From positions 1 to 35,076 of IMG/VR virus record IMGVR_UViG_3300031760_000286: DNA of 35,076 nucleotides, one strand, 5' to 3'. Position numbers and translations under genes: made by a program. Source of the stretch: a virus. Positions 1 to 7,314 of this stretch are shown here, piece by piece. The notes under the pieces are model-generated. The model searched no databases and was not told the DNA's origin. It worked only from the letters and a program-made list of their open reading frames with translations. Every line of letters begins with the position of its first letter. Within the stretch, counting starts at the first letter, position 1.

Positions 1-89
1 AGAGGGCGTTGTGGGCGGTGATGGCGTGGCGGTCTATCTCGCACCAGGCGGCGAGGTCGTAGGGCAGGCCGAGGCGGTTCAGCGCGAGG
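1..89. repeat. Terminal overlap copy 1, identical to 34988..35076
   Basis: Direct base-by-base comparison of the two window ends found 89/89 identical bases. Confidence 0.95.
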
Positions 90-133
90 CATTGGCTGTC
101 GTAGCCGCTAAAAAGTGTTATTACGTTCAGCAT
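1..133 (-). CDS. First ~44 codons of the C5 cytosine DNA methyltransferase whose body lies at 34092..35076; the gene is cut by the contig boundary
   Basis: ATG at 131-133 (minus) reads MLNVITLFSGYDSQCLALNRLGLPYDLAAWCEIDRHAITAHNAL. LFSGYDS fits AdoMet-binding motif I. Bases 1-89 equal 34988-35076, and position 133 maps to 35120, which is in frame with the 34092..34955 ORF. Confidence 0.85.
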   Translation of the reverse strand, partial: MLNVITLFSGYDSQCLALNRLGLPYDLAAWCEIDRHAITAHNAL

Positions 134-957
134 TGGTTCTTTTCGTTTACTGTTTTCTGTTCTTCCAGCGCCTTTGTGTAGGCGTCCACGTAGCCAATGC
201 CCTGCTCGTCCATGATGTGCAGGGTGCGCTCGGTGAGCTCCTTGCTCTTGGCGAGGTGTTCCTCCATCTCGGTGGCCATGTCGTAGGCCTTCATGTAGTC
301 CACGCCCTTCTCCTCCATAATCTTCATGGCGCGTTCGATTACGGCGTTGCCCTTGTTGATGGCCTCCATTTCCTCGCGGCTCTTCTCCTTCCGCACCTTG
401 CCCCAGTAGGCAGGGTTCTCGCCGACGATTTCGCACTTTTCGTTGTAGATGTAGCGCAAGGGCTTGCGCTTCGCCACGCCCTGCCGAGCCTCCGGCACGA
501 TGAGATTGCCCTTGCCGTCCATCTTGTAGCCCACCTCCTCAAGCACGGCTGGGTCGCCACTGTCGACGGTCTTGTCGTTGGCTATGCGGTGCACCTCGGC
601 GCGTTCGTGGCAGTAGCGTACGAGGCAATCGCCGAACTCCACCTCGGAGAAGTGGCCGTAGAAGTGGCCGTAGTAGCCCTGCGTGATGCGGCGGCAGAGC
701 AGCGCCACGTCCTCTATCTTGAGCCACCAGCGGATCTCGGGGTCGTCGATGAGTCGGCGCTCGATGTGGAGTATGTTGTCGTCGGTAAGCTCGTTGTTCA
801 CATGGAGGTCGTCGCGGAGCTTGGCGAGCAGGGCGCGTATGATGCGTCGCACGTCCTTCTCGCGGTCTTCGCGTATATGCCGCCCGAGGGTGCTGCCGCC
901 CTGCTCCACAACAGCCTGCACGCTGTCTATCTTGCCGCCCAGCACCACAGCCTGCAT
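127..957 (-). CDS. Hypothetical early protein (about 276 aa)
   Basis: ORF 127..1014. The ATG at 955-957 (MQAVVLGG..) avoids a 50-nt overlap with the upstream stop at 965. Its stop overlaps the methyltransferase start (ATGCTGA). I recognise no family. Confidence 0.5.
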   Translation of the reverse strand: MQAVVLGGKIDSVQAVVEQGGSTLGRHIREDREKDVRRIIRALLAKLRDDLHVNNELTDDNILHIERRLIDDPEIRWWLKIEDVALLCRRITQGYYGHFYGHFSEVEFGDCLVRYCHERAEVHRIANDKTVDSGDPAVLEEVGYKMDGKGNLIVPEARQGVAKRKPLRYIYNEKCEIVGENPAYWGKVRKEKSREEMEAINKGNAVIERAMKIMEEKGVDYMKAYDMATEMEEHLAKSKELTERTLHIMDEQGIGYVDAYTKALEEQKTVNEKNQC

Positions 958-964
958 GACCTCG

Positions 965-1795
965 TCACAGCAGGTCGGCAAAGAGCTTCTTGTTTCTGTC
1001 AATTCGTTGTTCATCTTTCGTCATGTTCTTTTGCTTGTCAATCATCTTGCGGTTGAGCCACGAGAGGAAGTGCTTGCGGTAGTCGCTGCGCACCTTGAAC
1101 TGCACACCCTGCACGCGGAGTGTGTCGAGGAACCAGCCGACATATTCCATCTGCTGCCGGCGGTCGAGGCCGTAGAGGCGCGTGAGGCTCTCGGAGAGCT
1201 GGCTGCCGCCCTCGACCTCCTGCCGCAGTTCGCGCGTGAGCTCGTCGACGCCGACCTTCTGCACCTGCTTGGCCTCGTACTCTTCGGCGGCCTTGCGAGC
1301 CTCCTCGGCGGCGTCAGCCTCACCCTCCTTCTCCATGTCACCCCTCGCGCGCGCGTGCGCGTTCTCTCTCGTGTTTAAATCATGATTATTTATATGATTA
1401 ATATGTGTGGGTGTCAAATTTGTCACTCCGTCGGTGTCAATTTTGTCACTCTTGGGGTGACAATTTTGTCCCTCGGTGTCAATTTTGTCCCTCGGTGTCA
1501 ATTTTGTCACTCCTACATTATATATCATACGCGCGTGAAGGCGGTAGCCTACAGCCGCCCCTTCGTGGATGACGGTCACACAGCCATAGGCCACCAAGCG
1601 AGCCAGCAGTCTCTTGAACTTGCGTTCTGTCATGCCGAGCGCCGACGCCATAGCGGCCTGCGTCTGCCGGAAGGGCACGGCCTTGTCGCCTCGGTCTATG
1701 AGCCAGCCATGAAGGTAGCCATAGACAACTGCCTCGTCAGCCGTCAGCCGCCATGTCGTCAGCCACTCCGTCTGTATGTTCACATAGCTGCTCAT
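965..1795 (-). CDS. Putative replication initiator / replisome organiser (N-terminal winged-HTH-like domain, iteron-encoded linker, C-terminal domain)
   Basis: ATG at 1793-1795 (MSSYVNIQTEW..) forms an ATGA overlap with the upstream stop. The N-terminus looks like an HTH (TQAAMASALGMTERKFKRLLARLVAYG). The gene contains five iterons and AT-rich tracts. The longer 965..1939 call is a GC-rich N-terminal extension I do not believe. Confidence 0.55.
   Translation of the reverse strand: MSSYVNIQTEWLTTWRLTADEAVVYGYLHGWLIDRGDKAVPFRQTQAAMASALGMTERKFKRLLARLVAYGCVTVIHEGAAVGYRLHARMIYNVGVTKLTPRDKIDTEGQNCHPKSDKIDTDGVTNLTPTHINHINNHDLNTRENAHARARGDMEKEGEADAAEEARKAAEEYEAKQVQKVGVDELTRELRQEVEGGSQLSESLTRLYGLDRRQQMEYVGWFLDTLRVQGVQFKVRSDYRKHFLSWLNRKMIDKQKNMTKDEQRIDRNKKLFADLL
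1410..1510. repeat. Five direct 17-bp iterons (GGTGTCAATTTTGTCMC); candidate replication origin
   Basis: Copies lie at 1410-1426, 1433-1449, 1456-1472, 1475-1491 and 1494-1510, spaced 23, 23, 19 and 19 bp. AT-rich tracts flank them at 1374-1408 and 1511-1530. Confidence 0.7.
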
Positions 1796-2178
1796 CCTTC
1801 CATCTGTCGCTTGTTGGCTCCGGCCTGGAAGCCCTCGCAGCACTCCGGCTCCTCGGTCACGCGCTTGCCGTATAGGCAGCACACGTAGCGCTCGCCCTCC
1901 TTCGCCTCGAAGGGGTAGAGGTGCGTGCAGCGCAGGCACAAGGGTCTCGCCTTCTTCTCTCGCACCACGGGCTGCGTCACGGCCACCACCTCCGTCATCG
2001 TCATGCCGATGAGAGCCTTCTTGCCATTGTAGGTCGTCGGACAGTAGGGGGCGCCCGTCTTTATCATCAGGGAGATGTATCCGAGGCCGACGCCGAGCTC
2101 CCTCGCCGCTTTTGCACGGCTGCTGAACATTCTCTCCGTGCCGTCAGGCATGTGCGCTGTTATCAGTCTTATAATCAT
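1792..2178 (-). CDS. Hypothetical DNA-binding protein (N-terminal NUMOD1-like HTH, Cys-rich C-terminus)
   Basis: 128-aa ORF. The N-terminus reads PDGTERMFSSRAKAARELGVGLGYISLMIKTG. The C-terminus carries CLRC..CC..CC cysteines. Start and stop overlap the neighbouring genes. Confidence 0.5.
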   Translation of the reverse strand: MIIRLITAHMPDGTERMFSSRAKAARELGVGLGYISLMIKTGAPYCPTTYNGKKALIGMTMTEVVAVTQPVVREKKARPLCLRCTHLYPFEAKEGERYVCCLYGKRVTEEPECCEGFQAGANKRQMEG

Positions 2179-2363
2179 CAGTATATGAAGCGTTTGTTGT
2201 GTTCGTATCGTGTTATGTTCTCGGCGACGGTGGGGGTGGGCTCCCGGCTCTTGCGTTCCTCGACGTATCTGGCAGCCTCATTCATGGCCTCCATCCACTC
2301 GCGGCGCTCCGCGTCGGTGAGCTCATCCCACTCTCGCCAGCCGTTATGACCTATCGCCCTCAT
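2178..2363 (-). CDS. Hypothetical protein (61 aa)
   Basis: ORF packed tightly between neighbours in the same operon. No recognisable motif. Confidence 0.4.
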   Translation of the reverse strand: MRAIGHNGWREWDELTDAERREWMEAMNEAARYVEERKSREPTPTVAENITRYEHNKRFIY

Positions 2364-2366
2364 GCG

Positions 2367-2735
2367 TCAAATATCAAAGGGCAGTTCATTATCCTGCGGC
2401 ATGGCCGCTGCCGGTGCTGCTGCTGGTGCTGCCGCCACAGGGGCAGGTGCCGGAGCATCCACGGCTTGATACATGCCTACGCGCAAGGCCTTGAGGTCGG
2501 TATACCAGCGGTTGCCGAACTCGCGGCTCTCGGCTCGGTACGTCACCTGTATGGTGCGGCCGAGCATGCCCTCGTTCACGAGACCTATGTTGTCGCCGAA
2601 GGTCGTGAAGGCTATCTTGCTCGGATAGTCGTTGCCGACCTCTATGACGAAGCCTCCACGCTGCCATGTGCCGCGCTGGTTCTCGCCCGTGACGACGTCC
2701 AATATCGCCACTAATCTTCCAATTACTTGTTGCAT
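2367..2735 (-). CDS. DUF3127-like OB-fold protein with an SSB-type acidic C-terminal tail (putative ssDNA-binding protein)
   Basis: From the ATG at 2733-2735 it reads MQQVIGRLVAILDVVTGENQRGTWQRGGFVIEVGNDYPSKIAFTTFGDN.., which resembles Bacteroidota DUF3127. An Ala/Pro linker leads to a terminal DNELPFDI, like the DDDIPF tail of SSB. Confidence 0.6.
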   Translation of the reverse strand: MQQVIGRLVAILDVVTGENQRGTWQRGGFVIEVGNDYPSKIAFTTFGDNIGLVNEGMLGRTIQVTYRAESREFGNRWYTDLKALRVGMYQAVDAPAPAPVAAAPAAAPAAAMPQDNELPFDI

Positions 2736-2760
2736 AATGTCTTTCGGTTTTAAGGGTTGG

Positions 2761-2973
2761 TTATTCACATTTTGCTGCCATGAGGCCGCGGACGTATTCA
2801 TTCCGCATAGCGTCGAAGTCCATGCCTATATACTCCCCTGTGACCTTGAGGAGAAGCAGCGTAGCGCCTCCCAGCACTTCAAATATCTCGTTGGCATCGT
2901 TGCAGCCCATCTCTTGCAGTTTGTTGGCTATCGCCATTTCCATCTGCTGTTGTTTCTTAGCGTTTTTGTTCAT
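2761..2973 (-). CDS. Hypothetical protein (70 aa)
   Basis: I chose the ATG at 2971-2973 (MNKNAKKQQQ..) because the upstream gene stops at 2985. Confidence 0.4.
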   Translation of the reverse strand: MNKNAKKQQQMEMAIANKLQEMGCNDANEIFEVLGGATLLLLKVTGEYIGMDFDAMRNEYVRGLMAAKCE

Positions 2974-2984
2974 CGTTTTGTGTT

Positions 2985-3722
2985 TTAATCGTTGAAAATT
3001 TTTGTGTCTGTAATCATATCTCTGTGGTCTTCCAGCCACGGCAGGAACTCGCCCTCAAGGAACTCGCGGAGCTCGCGCTCGCAGGCCTCGAAGGTGATGT
3101 CGTAGGGTTCGCGGTACAGCTGGCCGTCGACGACGCCGTCCTTGCCTGCCTTGCAGCTGGCCACAAGGTAGGTGAACTTGTCGACCTCGGCGACCATGCC
3201 GCTCTTCATGAGGCAGTAGGGGTAGACGCGGTGCTGCCAGTGGCCGCTGAAGTCGCGCGTGTCGGGCTGGTAATCCTTCGAGGTCTTGAGGTCTACGACC
3301 TCGCGGCCTTCAACATAGTCGGCGTAGCCGTAGAGCGTCACCACGCCCTGCGCCACCTCTATGTCGGCCTCGCAGTAGACCTGCGCCGTCATGCCGTCCA
3401 CATGCGCCGCGGTCTGCTCCACAAGAGCCTCCGCGAAGTCGATGCTGAAGGTGTCGATGTCTACGGTGTAGACGCCGCCCTTGTCGCCTTCGTTGACATA
3501 GCGCACAGGGTGCTGCGGTATCGCGTGGCACACCCTCGCGTCCACGAGCTCGTTGAGGGCAGTACCGCGAGCGGCGTAGTAGCTCGGGTCTTGCGGCACC
3601 CGGTTCACTTTGTCAAGGAACTCCTGCTCTGCGGCCTTGATGTCGGCCTCGCCGCCCTCGACGCTCCGCATATAGCAGAAGGCGTCGAGGAGCGAGGGGT
3701 ATAGGTTATAGTGTCTCTTCAT
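2985..3722 (-). CDS. PD-(D/E)XK family nuclease (RecB/Cas4-like exonuclease)
   Basis: From the ATG at 3720-3722 (MKRHYNLYPSLLDAF..). Motifs are GYADYV..VVDLKTSK (D..D/ExK) and QHRVYPY (QxxxY). It sits next to the Sak4-like ATPase. The ORF-track N-terminal extension is Arg/Ser/Pro junk. Confidence 0.6.
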   Translation of the reverse strand: MKRHYNLYPSLLDAFCYMRSVEGGEADIKAAEQEFLDKVNRVPQDPSYYAARGTALNELVDARVCHAIPQHPVRYVNEGDKGGVYTVDIDTFSIDFAEALVEQTAAHVDGMTAQVYCEADIEVAQGVVTLYGYADYVEGREVVDLKTSKDYQPDTRDFSGHWQHRVYPYCLMKSGMVAEVDKFTYLVASCKAGKDGVVDGQLYREPYDITFEACERELREFLEGEFLPWLEDHRDMITDTKIFND

Positions 3723-3960
3723 GGCTGTCGGTGTTACTTGGTTGGAAGCCCGTGATGTGCGTGGGCTCGTGTTTCGAGGCATCCTCTTTCTCCACACTCG
3801 GGCAGAGGAAGGCGGCGACGTCCTCGGTGCGCAGGCAGCGCCACGACAAGCCCTTGATGAGCCACGTCCTGCCGTTGGTGACGATGAGGCTGTAGCCATG
3901 TCTCCGCGCAGCCTCGCTGACGCTGTGGAAGGCCATACGGTGAGGGGCGGTTCTACTCAT
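3706..3960 (-). CDS. Small hypothetical protein with a NUMOD1-like HTH
   Basis: 84-aa ORF containing FHSVSEAARRHGYSLIV. It overlaps both neighbours by only 8-17 nt. Confidence 0.4.
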   Translation of the reverse strand: MSRTAPHRMAFHSVSEAARRHGYSLIVTNGRTWLIKGLSWRCLRTEDVAAFLCPSVEKEDASKHEPTHITGFQPSNTDSHEETL

Positions 3961-4873
3961 AGAGCTTGGTCTCCTTGTTAAGTTTCAACTTCAGTCCTTT
4001 GGCCTTGTCGGCGATGCGGCGGCTCATGGTCATGCGGCTGTCGCCCACGGGAGCCTGCCCCAGCACCCACTTGGTGAGCTCGTTGAGGCTCATGGCGTCG
4101 TCTACGGCCTTCAGCCTCTCCTCGAAGTCGGCCAGCAGCTTCTCCACGGCCTTCAGCTCCTCGCGGCGTGCCTCGTCCTTCGCCTCCTGGTGCTTGACGA
4201 ACTCGGCGATGCGGTCGGCCATGAAGGTCAGCGGATGCTCGCGGTCGGCGGTGGGTATGTGATACTCGGCATCGAAGGCCGCGGTGTTCTTGCCTTCGGT
4301 GTAGGTCGTCGGGTTGAAGGTGATGGTGCGCTTGTCGACGCCGCCGTCGGTGCTGTAGTAGAGGTAGCCGATGATGTCGACGTCGGCACGGAGCATGCTG
4401 TATATCTTCTCCGGGCAGTCGGGGCGATGGAAGAGGTCGTCCTTGCCGCTCTTCTTCACCTCCTTGTCCTGCGCCACGAAAAGAATGTTGAGGCCAAGCT
4501 CCGTGGCAGCGGCGACGAAGCGCTTGCAGTCGGCATAGATGAACTGCCAGTCGCGCATCTGCGGCATGGATGCGCCGCACTTCTTCGCGGTGGCCTTGTC
4601 TACGAGCTTCGAGAGGGTGTCGACGATGACGGTCTTGTAGCATCCGGCAGCGGCGACCTCCTGCAGGCCGTCGAAGGCCTGCTGAAGGGTGGTGAGCTGC
4701 ACGGTGTCGCATTCGAGACCGAAGTCGAGACGGCCTACACCTCCGTCGAAGTCGAAGAGCACCGGCGACGGGGCGCTGCATGCGAGGGCGGTCTTGCCAG
4801 CGCCGCTCTGCCCGTAGATGATGGCGCTGATGGTCTTCTTGGAAACGATTTCCGAGGGTTTTCTGATTAACAT
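3953..4873 (-). CDS. Sak4-like / AAA_24 RecA-fold ATPase (phage recombination protein)
   Basis: Walker A is IIYGQSGAGKT and Walker B-like is KTVIVDTLS. The 306-aa size and a coiled-coil C-terminal extension fit, as does the neighbourhood of nuclease and SSB-like genes. Confidence 0.65.
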   Translation of the reverse strand: MLIRKPSEIVSKKTISAIIYGQSGAGKTALACSAPSPVLFDFDGGVGRLDFGLECDTVQLTTLQQAFDGLQEVAAAGCYKTVIVDTLSKLVDKATAKKCGASMPQMRDWQFIYADCKRFVAAATELGLNILFVAQDKEVKKSGKDDLFHRPDCPEKIYSMLRADVDIIGYLYYSTDGGVDKRTITFNPTTYTEGKNTAAFDAEYHIPTADREHPLTFMADRIAEFVKHQEAKDEARREELKAVEKLLADFEERLKAVDDAMSLNELTKWVLGQAPVGDSRMTMSRRIADKAKGLKLKLNKETKLYE

Positions 4874-4886
4874 TGTTTTGTGTTTT

Positions 4887-5033
4887 TTATAGGTTAATAA
4901 CTGCTATTATCGAGCGCGAGAGGCGGCGGAAGCAGTCGGGGCGGTCTTTCATGCGGCGCCACACGGTGGTGCGGCTGCAACCGAGGTAGTGCGCCACTCC
5001 GTTCACGCTGCCTATATAGAGGGGCTGGCTCAT
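4887..5033 (-). CDS. Small HTH protein (excisionase/AlpA-like DNA-binding protein)
   Basis: From the ATG at 5031-5033: MSQPLYIGSVNGVAHYLGCSRTTVWRRMKD.. It forms an ATGA overlap with the upstream stop. Confidence 0.45.
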   Translation of the reverse strand: MSQPLYIGSVNGVAHYLGCSRTTVWRRMKDRPDCFRRLSRSIIAVINL

Positions 5034-5215
5034 AGACACCCTCCTTCCTTGACGATGGCACGCACTTGGGCGGCTTTCAAGCCGTAGATGTCGCCGAGGA
5101 AAGCATATATCTTCATCTTCTGTCCTCCGCGCTTGCGGTGTGCAAGGTAGTCCCTGCATATCTTCGCGTTACGTGCCATACGCTCTGCCTTCAGTGGTGT
5201 CACCAGCGGTCTCAT
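5030..5215 (-). CDS. Small Mor-like HTH regulator (weak call)
   Basis: 61 aa. RNAKICRDYLAHRKRGG..IYAFLGDIYGLKAAQVRAIVKE resembles Mor or sigma-region-4 type HTHs. ATGA overlaps occur at both ends. Confidence 0.35.
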   Translation of the reverse strand: MRPLVTPLKAERMARNAKICRDYLAHRKRGGQKMKIYAFLGDIYGLKAAQVRAIVKEGGCL

Positions 5216-5514
5216 ACTTCTTCAGGCATTTTGATACGTGCCATCTCGGCGTTGATGGCTGCTAACTCGCCCAGCAGGGCGTCTTTCTTGGCGATGAAGG
5301 CGTCATGACGGAGCCGGAGCTCGGCGTCACGTTCCTTTGTCAAGTCCGCCATGTGCTGGCGGCACACCGCCAGCTCCTTCTCGGTGTCGTGGGCGATGGT
5401 GCGGCGGTCGCACTCGTGCGCGTACTTGAGCATGCGTATCTCGCTCTCCTTCGCCGCCTTCTTCGTGATGAGGTCGGCATACTTCTCGTTGATGTTGTTG
5501 TTGGTTGTTTCCAT
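5212..5514 (-). CDS. Hypothetical coiled-coil protein (100 aa)
   Basis: ORF with charged heptad-like sequence, in operon context. Confidence 0.45.
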   Translation of the reverse strand: METTNNNINEKYADLITKKAAKESEIRMLKYAHECDRRTIAHDTEKELAVCRQHMADLTKERDAELRLRHDAFIAKKDALLGELAAINAEMARIKMPEEV

Positions 5515-5549
5515 GTCTTTTTGTTTTTTTTGGGTTAATAATTGATATT

Positions 5550-5762
5550 TTACATGTTCTGGTGTTCTTTCATGTCGGCGACCACCAGCTTGAGCTCAAG
5601 GTATATGTCGCCGATGGTCTTCGTGGGCTCCGGCTTCGGCACCCTCAACACCTCTTCCATGAGGTCGAAGAACTGCCATATGTCGTAGTTCCCTTTGGCG
5701 TAGCCTTCGGCGATGTCACGCGTCAGCTGCTCGCGCTCGGCGAAGGTCATGTTACTGCTCAT
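5550..5762 (-). CDS. Hypothetical protein (70 aa)
   Basis: ORF in operon context. Confidence 0.4.
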   Translation of the reverse strand: MSSNMTFAEREQLTRDIAEGYAKGNYDIWQFFDLMEEVLRVPKPEPTKTIGDIYLELKLVVADMKEHQNM

Positions 5763-6036
5763 CGGTCACCTCCTTCCATTCGCCGTTCTCCACGGTGTAC
5801 CATGTGTCGGCCTTGAGGGTGACGCCGTCCACGACGCCGGCCTTCCACTCTTTGATGTTGTAGGAGCCGTAATCTTCTATGGCCACCACCAGCAGGGCGC
5901 CATACTTACCGCGCACCCTCGCCTCATCATTGCGAGCCACCGCCACACCATGACGACCGACCGAAGCAGAGCCTCGGCTCGTGGCAACGCAATAGTCGCC
6001 ACCAGTTGCGACATGGTAATCTGTTGTAATGTTCAT
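5752..6036 (-). CDS. Hypothetical protein (94 aa)
   Basis: ORF in operon context, with an A-rich leader carrying the ATTAACC motif upstream. Confidence 0.45.
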   Translation of the reverse strand: MNITTDYHVATGGDYCVATSRGSASVGRHGVAVARNDEARVRGKYGALLVVAIEDYGSYNIKEWKAGVVDGVTLKADTWYTVENGEWKEVTDEQ

Positions 6037-6054
6037 AATCTTGTGTTTTATAGG

Positions 6055-6222
6055 TTAATAGATATTCGTGTTCGTCTCGTCGTACCCCTGCTGTCGGGCG
6101 TACTCCAGCGCCGCCGTGAGGCTGTCGTGGTTCGTGAAGAGCAGGATGTTGCCTATATGCTCCTCGCACCTCCATGTGGCGCCCCACGGGCTGGCGAAAA
6201 TCATGATGAACTTGAGGCGCAT
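6055..6222 (-). CDS. Small hypothetical protein (55 aa), below the ORF-track cutoff
   Basis: Hand translation gives MRLKFIMIFASPWGATWRCEEHIGNILLFTNHDSLTAALEYARQQGYDETNTNIY. It fills the gap between the stop at 6224 and the next gene exactly. Confidence 0.35.
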   Translation of the reverse strand: MRLKFIMIFASPWGATWRCEEHIGNILLFTNHDSLTAALEYARQQGYDETNTNIY

Positions 6223-6223
6223 G

Positions 6224-6472
6224 TCAGTATACTCTTAAGGTTTTCATCCAACGTCCGGCACAGCAGGTGTAGCGGTCGAGCCCCACATACTGGCGTGCCA
6301 GCATCTTCACTTCGTTGTCCGTCATCTTCGGGCAGCGCACCTCGCGGAACAGCTTGGCGTCGCCCTCGCCGATGAACTTGCGCAGGCGCACCCACTCGTA
6401 GCGCCCTTTCAGCAGGTCGGTGTAGGCCTCAAGCACCACACCGTCGTCTTCCCATGTCAGTTGGAACATCAT
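6224..6472 (-). CDS. Hypothetical protein (82 aa)
   Basis: ORF in operon context. Confidence 0.45.
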   Translation of the reverse strand: MMFQLTWEDDGVVLEAYTDLLKGRYEWVRLRKFIGEGDAKLFREVRCPKMTDNEVKMLARQYVGLDRYTCCAGRWMKTLRVY

Positions 6473-6487
6473 CGCCGTCGCCCTCCT

Positions 6488-6616
6488 TTATTTGTATATC
6501 TCGGTCTTAAAGCCGCGCTTCTTACACAGCACTATCACGCCGTTGGGGCGCACTCTCCAATACTGCCAGTCGCGGAAGTGCGGGCAGCGGTGTACGGTCA
6601 GCTTCATCTTTTCCAT
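6488..6616 (-). CDS. Small hypothetical protein (42 aa), below the ORF-track cutoff
   Basis: Hand translation gives MEKMKLTVHRCPHFRDWQYWRVRPNGVIVLCKKRGFKTEIYK. It fills an otherwise empty 160-nt gap. Confidence 0.3.
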   Translation of the reverse strand: MEKMKLTVHRCPHFRDWQYWRVRPNGVIVLCKKRGFKTEIYK

Positions 6617-6632
6617 GTCGTGGCGGTGTTGG

Positions 6633-6896
6633 TTATTTAAACATTATATACTGACCGCACTTGCCGCCGCGAGGGGCGTCGTTGCCGTATTCATAGGCAA
6701 TGCCTGCCGCATCCAGCAGGCGGCGGAAGTCATCCGTGTAGTCAAGGCACTTTGTGAAGCGACCTCTGCCCGAGGTGTGGCAGGTGCGCACCTTCTCGTT
6801 GGTGGCGAAGTCCTTTTTGGCGAGCGTCTGGTAAGCATAGCTGCTCTTGCTCATGTTGATAATCTCTGCAGCTTTTTCAATCTTTATGTTGTTCAT
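6633..6896 (-). CDS. Hypothetical protein (87 aa)
   Basis: ORF in operon context. Confidence 0.45.
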   Translation of the reverse strand: MNNIKIEKAAEIINMSKSSYAYQTLAKKDFATNEKVRTCHTSGRGRFTKCLDYTDDFRRLLDAAGIAYEYGNDAPRGGKCGQYIMFK

Positions 6897-6913
6897 GTCG
6901 TTGTCGGTTTTGT

Positions 6914-6933
6914 GGGGAGGGTCGCCCCTCCCC
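6914..6933 (-). other. GC-rich hairpin (8-bp stem, 4-nt loop) between the first and second early genes
   Basis: GGGGAGGG(6914-6921) tcgc CCCTCCCC(6926-6933). On the minus strand the loop is GCGA, a GNRA tetraloop. No U-tract follows on the minus strand. Confidence 0.5.
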
Positions 6934-6945
6934 GATGGTTGGTTT

Positions 6946-7197
6946 TTAAAGGAAGACTACCTCGTCATTGCTGATACCCATGTCAAACATTTTGGCCTTG
7001 ATATAATTCAAAGCGTGCAGCACTCCTATCTGCCCCTTTTCCGCACTTCCAATGTGCCTCAATATTGCATTGTCTCTCATTCTAACAAGCTGCCAGCCGT
7101 AGCGTTCGTCATCGCAGGGCATCCATCCACAGACGTAAGGAGTCTCGATGTGCATCTCCAATGCGGTAGTGTAAAGGTCTTTTTGTTTCGTTTCCAT
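6946..7197 (-). CDS. First gene of the leftward early operon, hypothetical (83 aa; occupies the Cro position)
   Basis: I prefer the ATG at 7195-7197 (METKQKDLYTT..) to the TTG start at 7224 used by the ORF track. Confidence 0.45.
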   Translation of the reverse strand: METKQKDLYTTALEMHIETPYVCGWMPCDDERYGWQLVRMRDNAILRHIGSAEKGQIGVLHALNYIKAKMFDMGISNDEVVFL

Positions 7198-7211
7198 GAT
7201 TACAATTTTTT

Positions 7212-7250
7212 TTTGTTGTTTCAATTTTTTGTTTGTTGTTTCAATTTTTT
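7212..7250. repeat. Tandem direct repeat TTTGTTGTTTCAATTTTTT x2 (period 20) in the switch region; candidate operator
   Basis: 7212-7230 and 7232-7250 are identical over 19 nt. Confidence 0.6.
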
Positions 7251-7260
7251 TGTATTTTTG
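7228..7260 (+). promoter_or_regulatory. Candidate Bacteroidota-type promoter for the repressor/integrase operon
   Basis: TTTG (7228-7231), 21 nt, then TATTTTTG (7253-7260), which matches the -33 TTTG / -7 TAnnTTTG consensus. The region is AT-rich, so a chance match is possible. Confidence 0.35.
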
Positions 7261-7276
7261 CCTTCAAAAGCAGTTG

Positions 7277-7307
7277 CAAAAATACTATAAATTTTCTAAC
7301 TACCAAA
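7277..7307 (-). promoter_or_regulatory. Candidate Bacteroidota-type promoter for the leftward early (lytic) operon
   Basis: The minus strand reads TTTG (7307-7304), 19 nt, then TATTTTTG (7284-7277). Confidence 0.4.
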
Positions 7308-7314
7308 CTTTTTT

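Noticed and set aside
1410-1510. Regularly spaced direct repeats that superficially resemble a small CRISPR array
   Set aside because: The repeats are 17 bp with only 2-6 bp between copies, so there are no spacers. They lie inside an ORF, AT-rich tracts flank them, and there are no cas genes. Iterons fit better.
965-1939. Long N-terminal extensions in the ORF track (965..1939, 2985..3899, 4887..5159, 17071..17943, 32011..32634, 33538..33819, 25051..27009)
   Set aside because: The extensions are Arg/Pro/Ala-rich and overlap the upstream gene substantially. In each case an internal ATG gives an ATGA or few-nt junction with the upstream stop and a sensible protein N-terminus.
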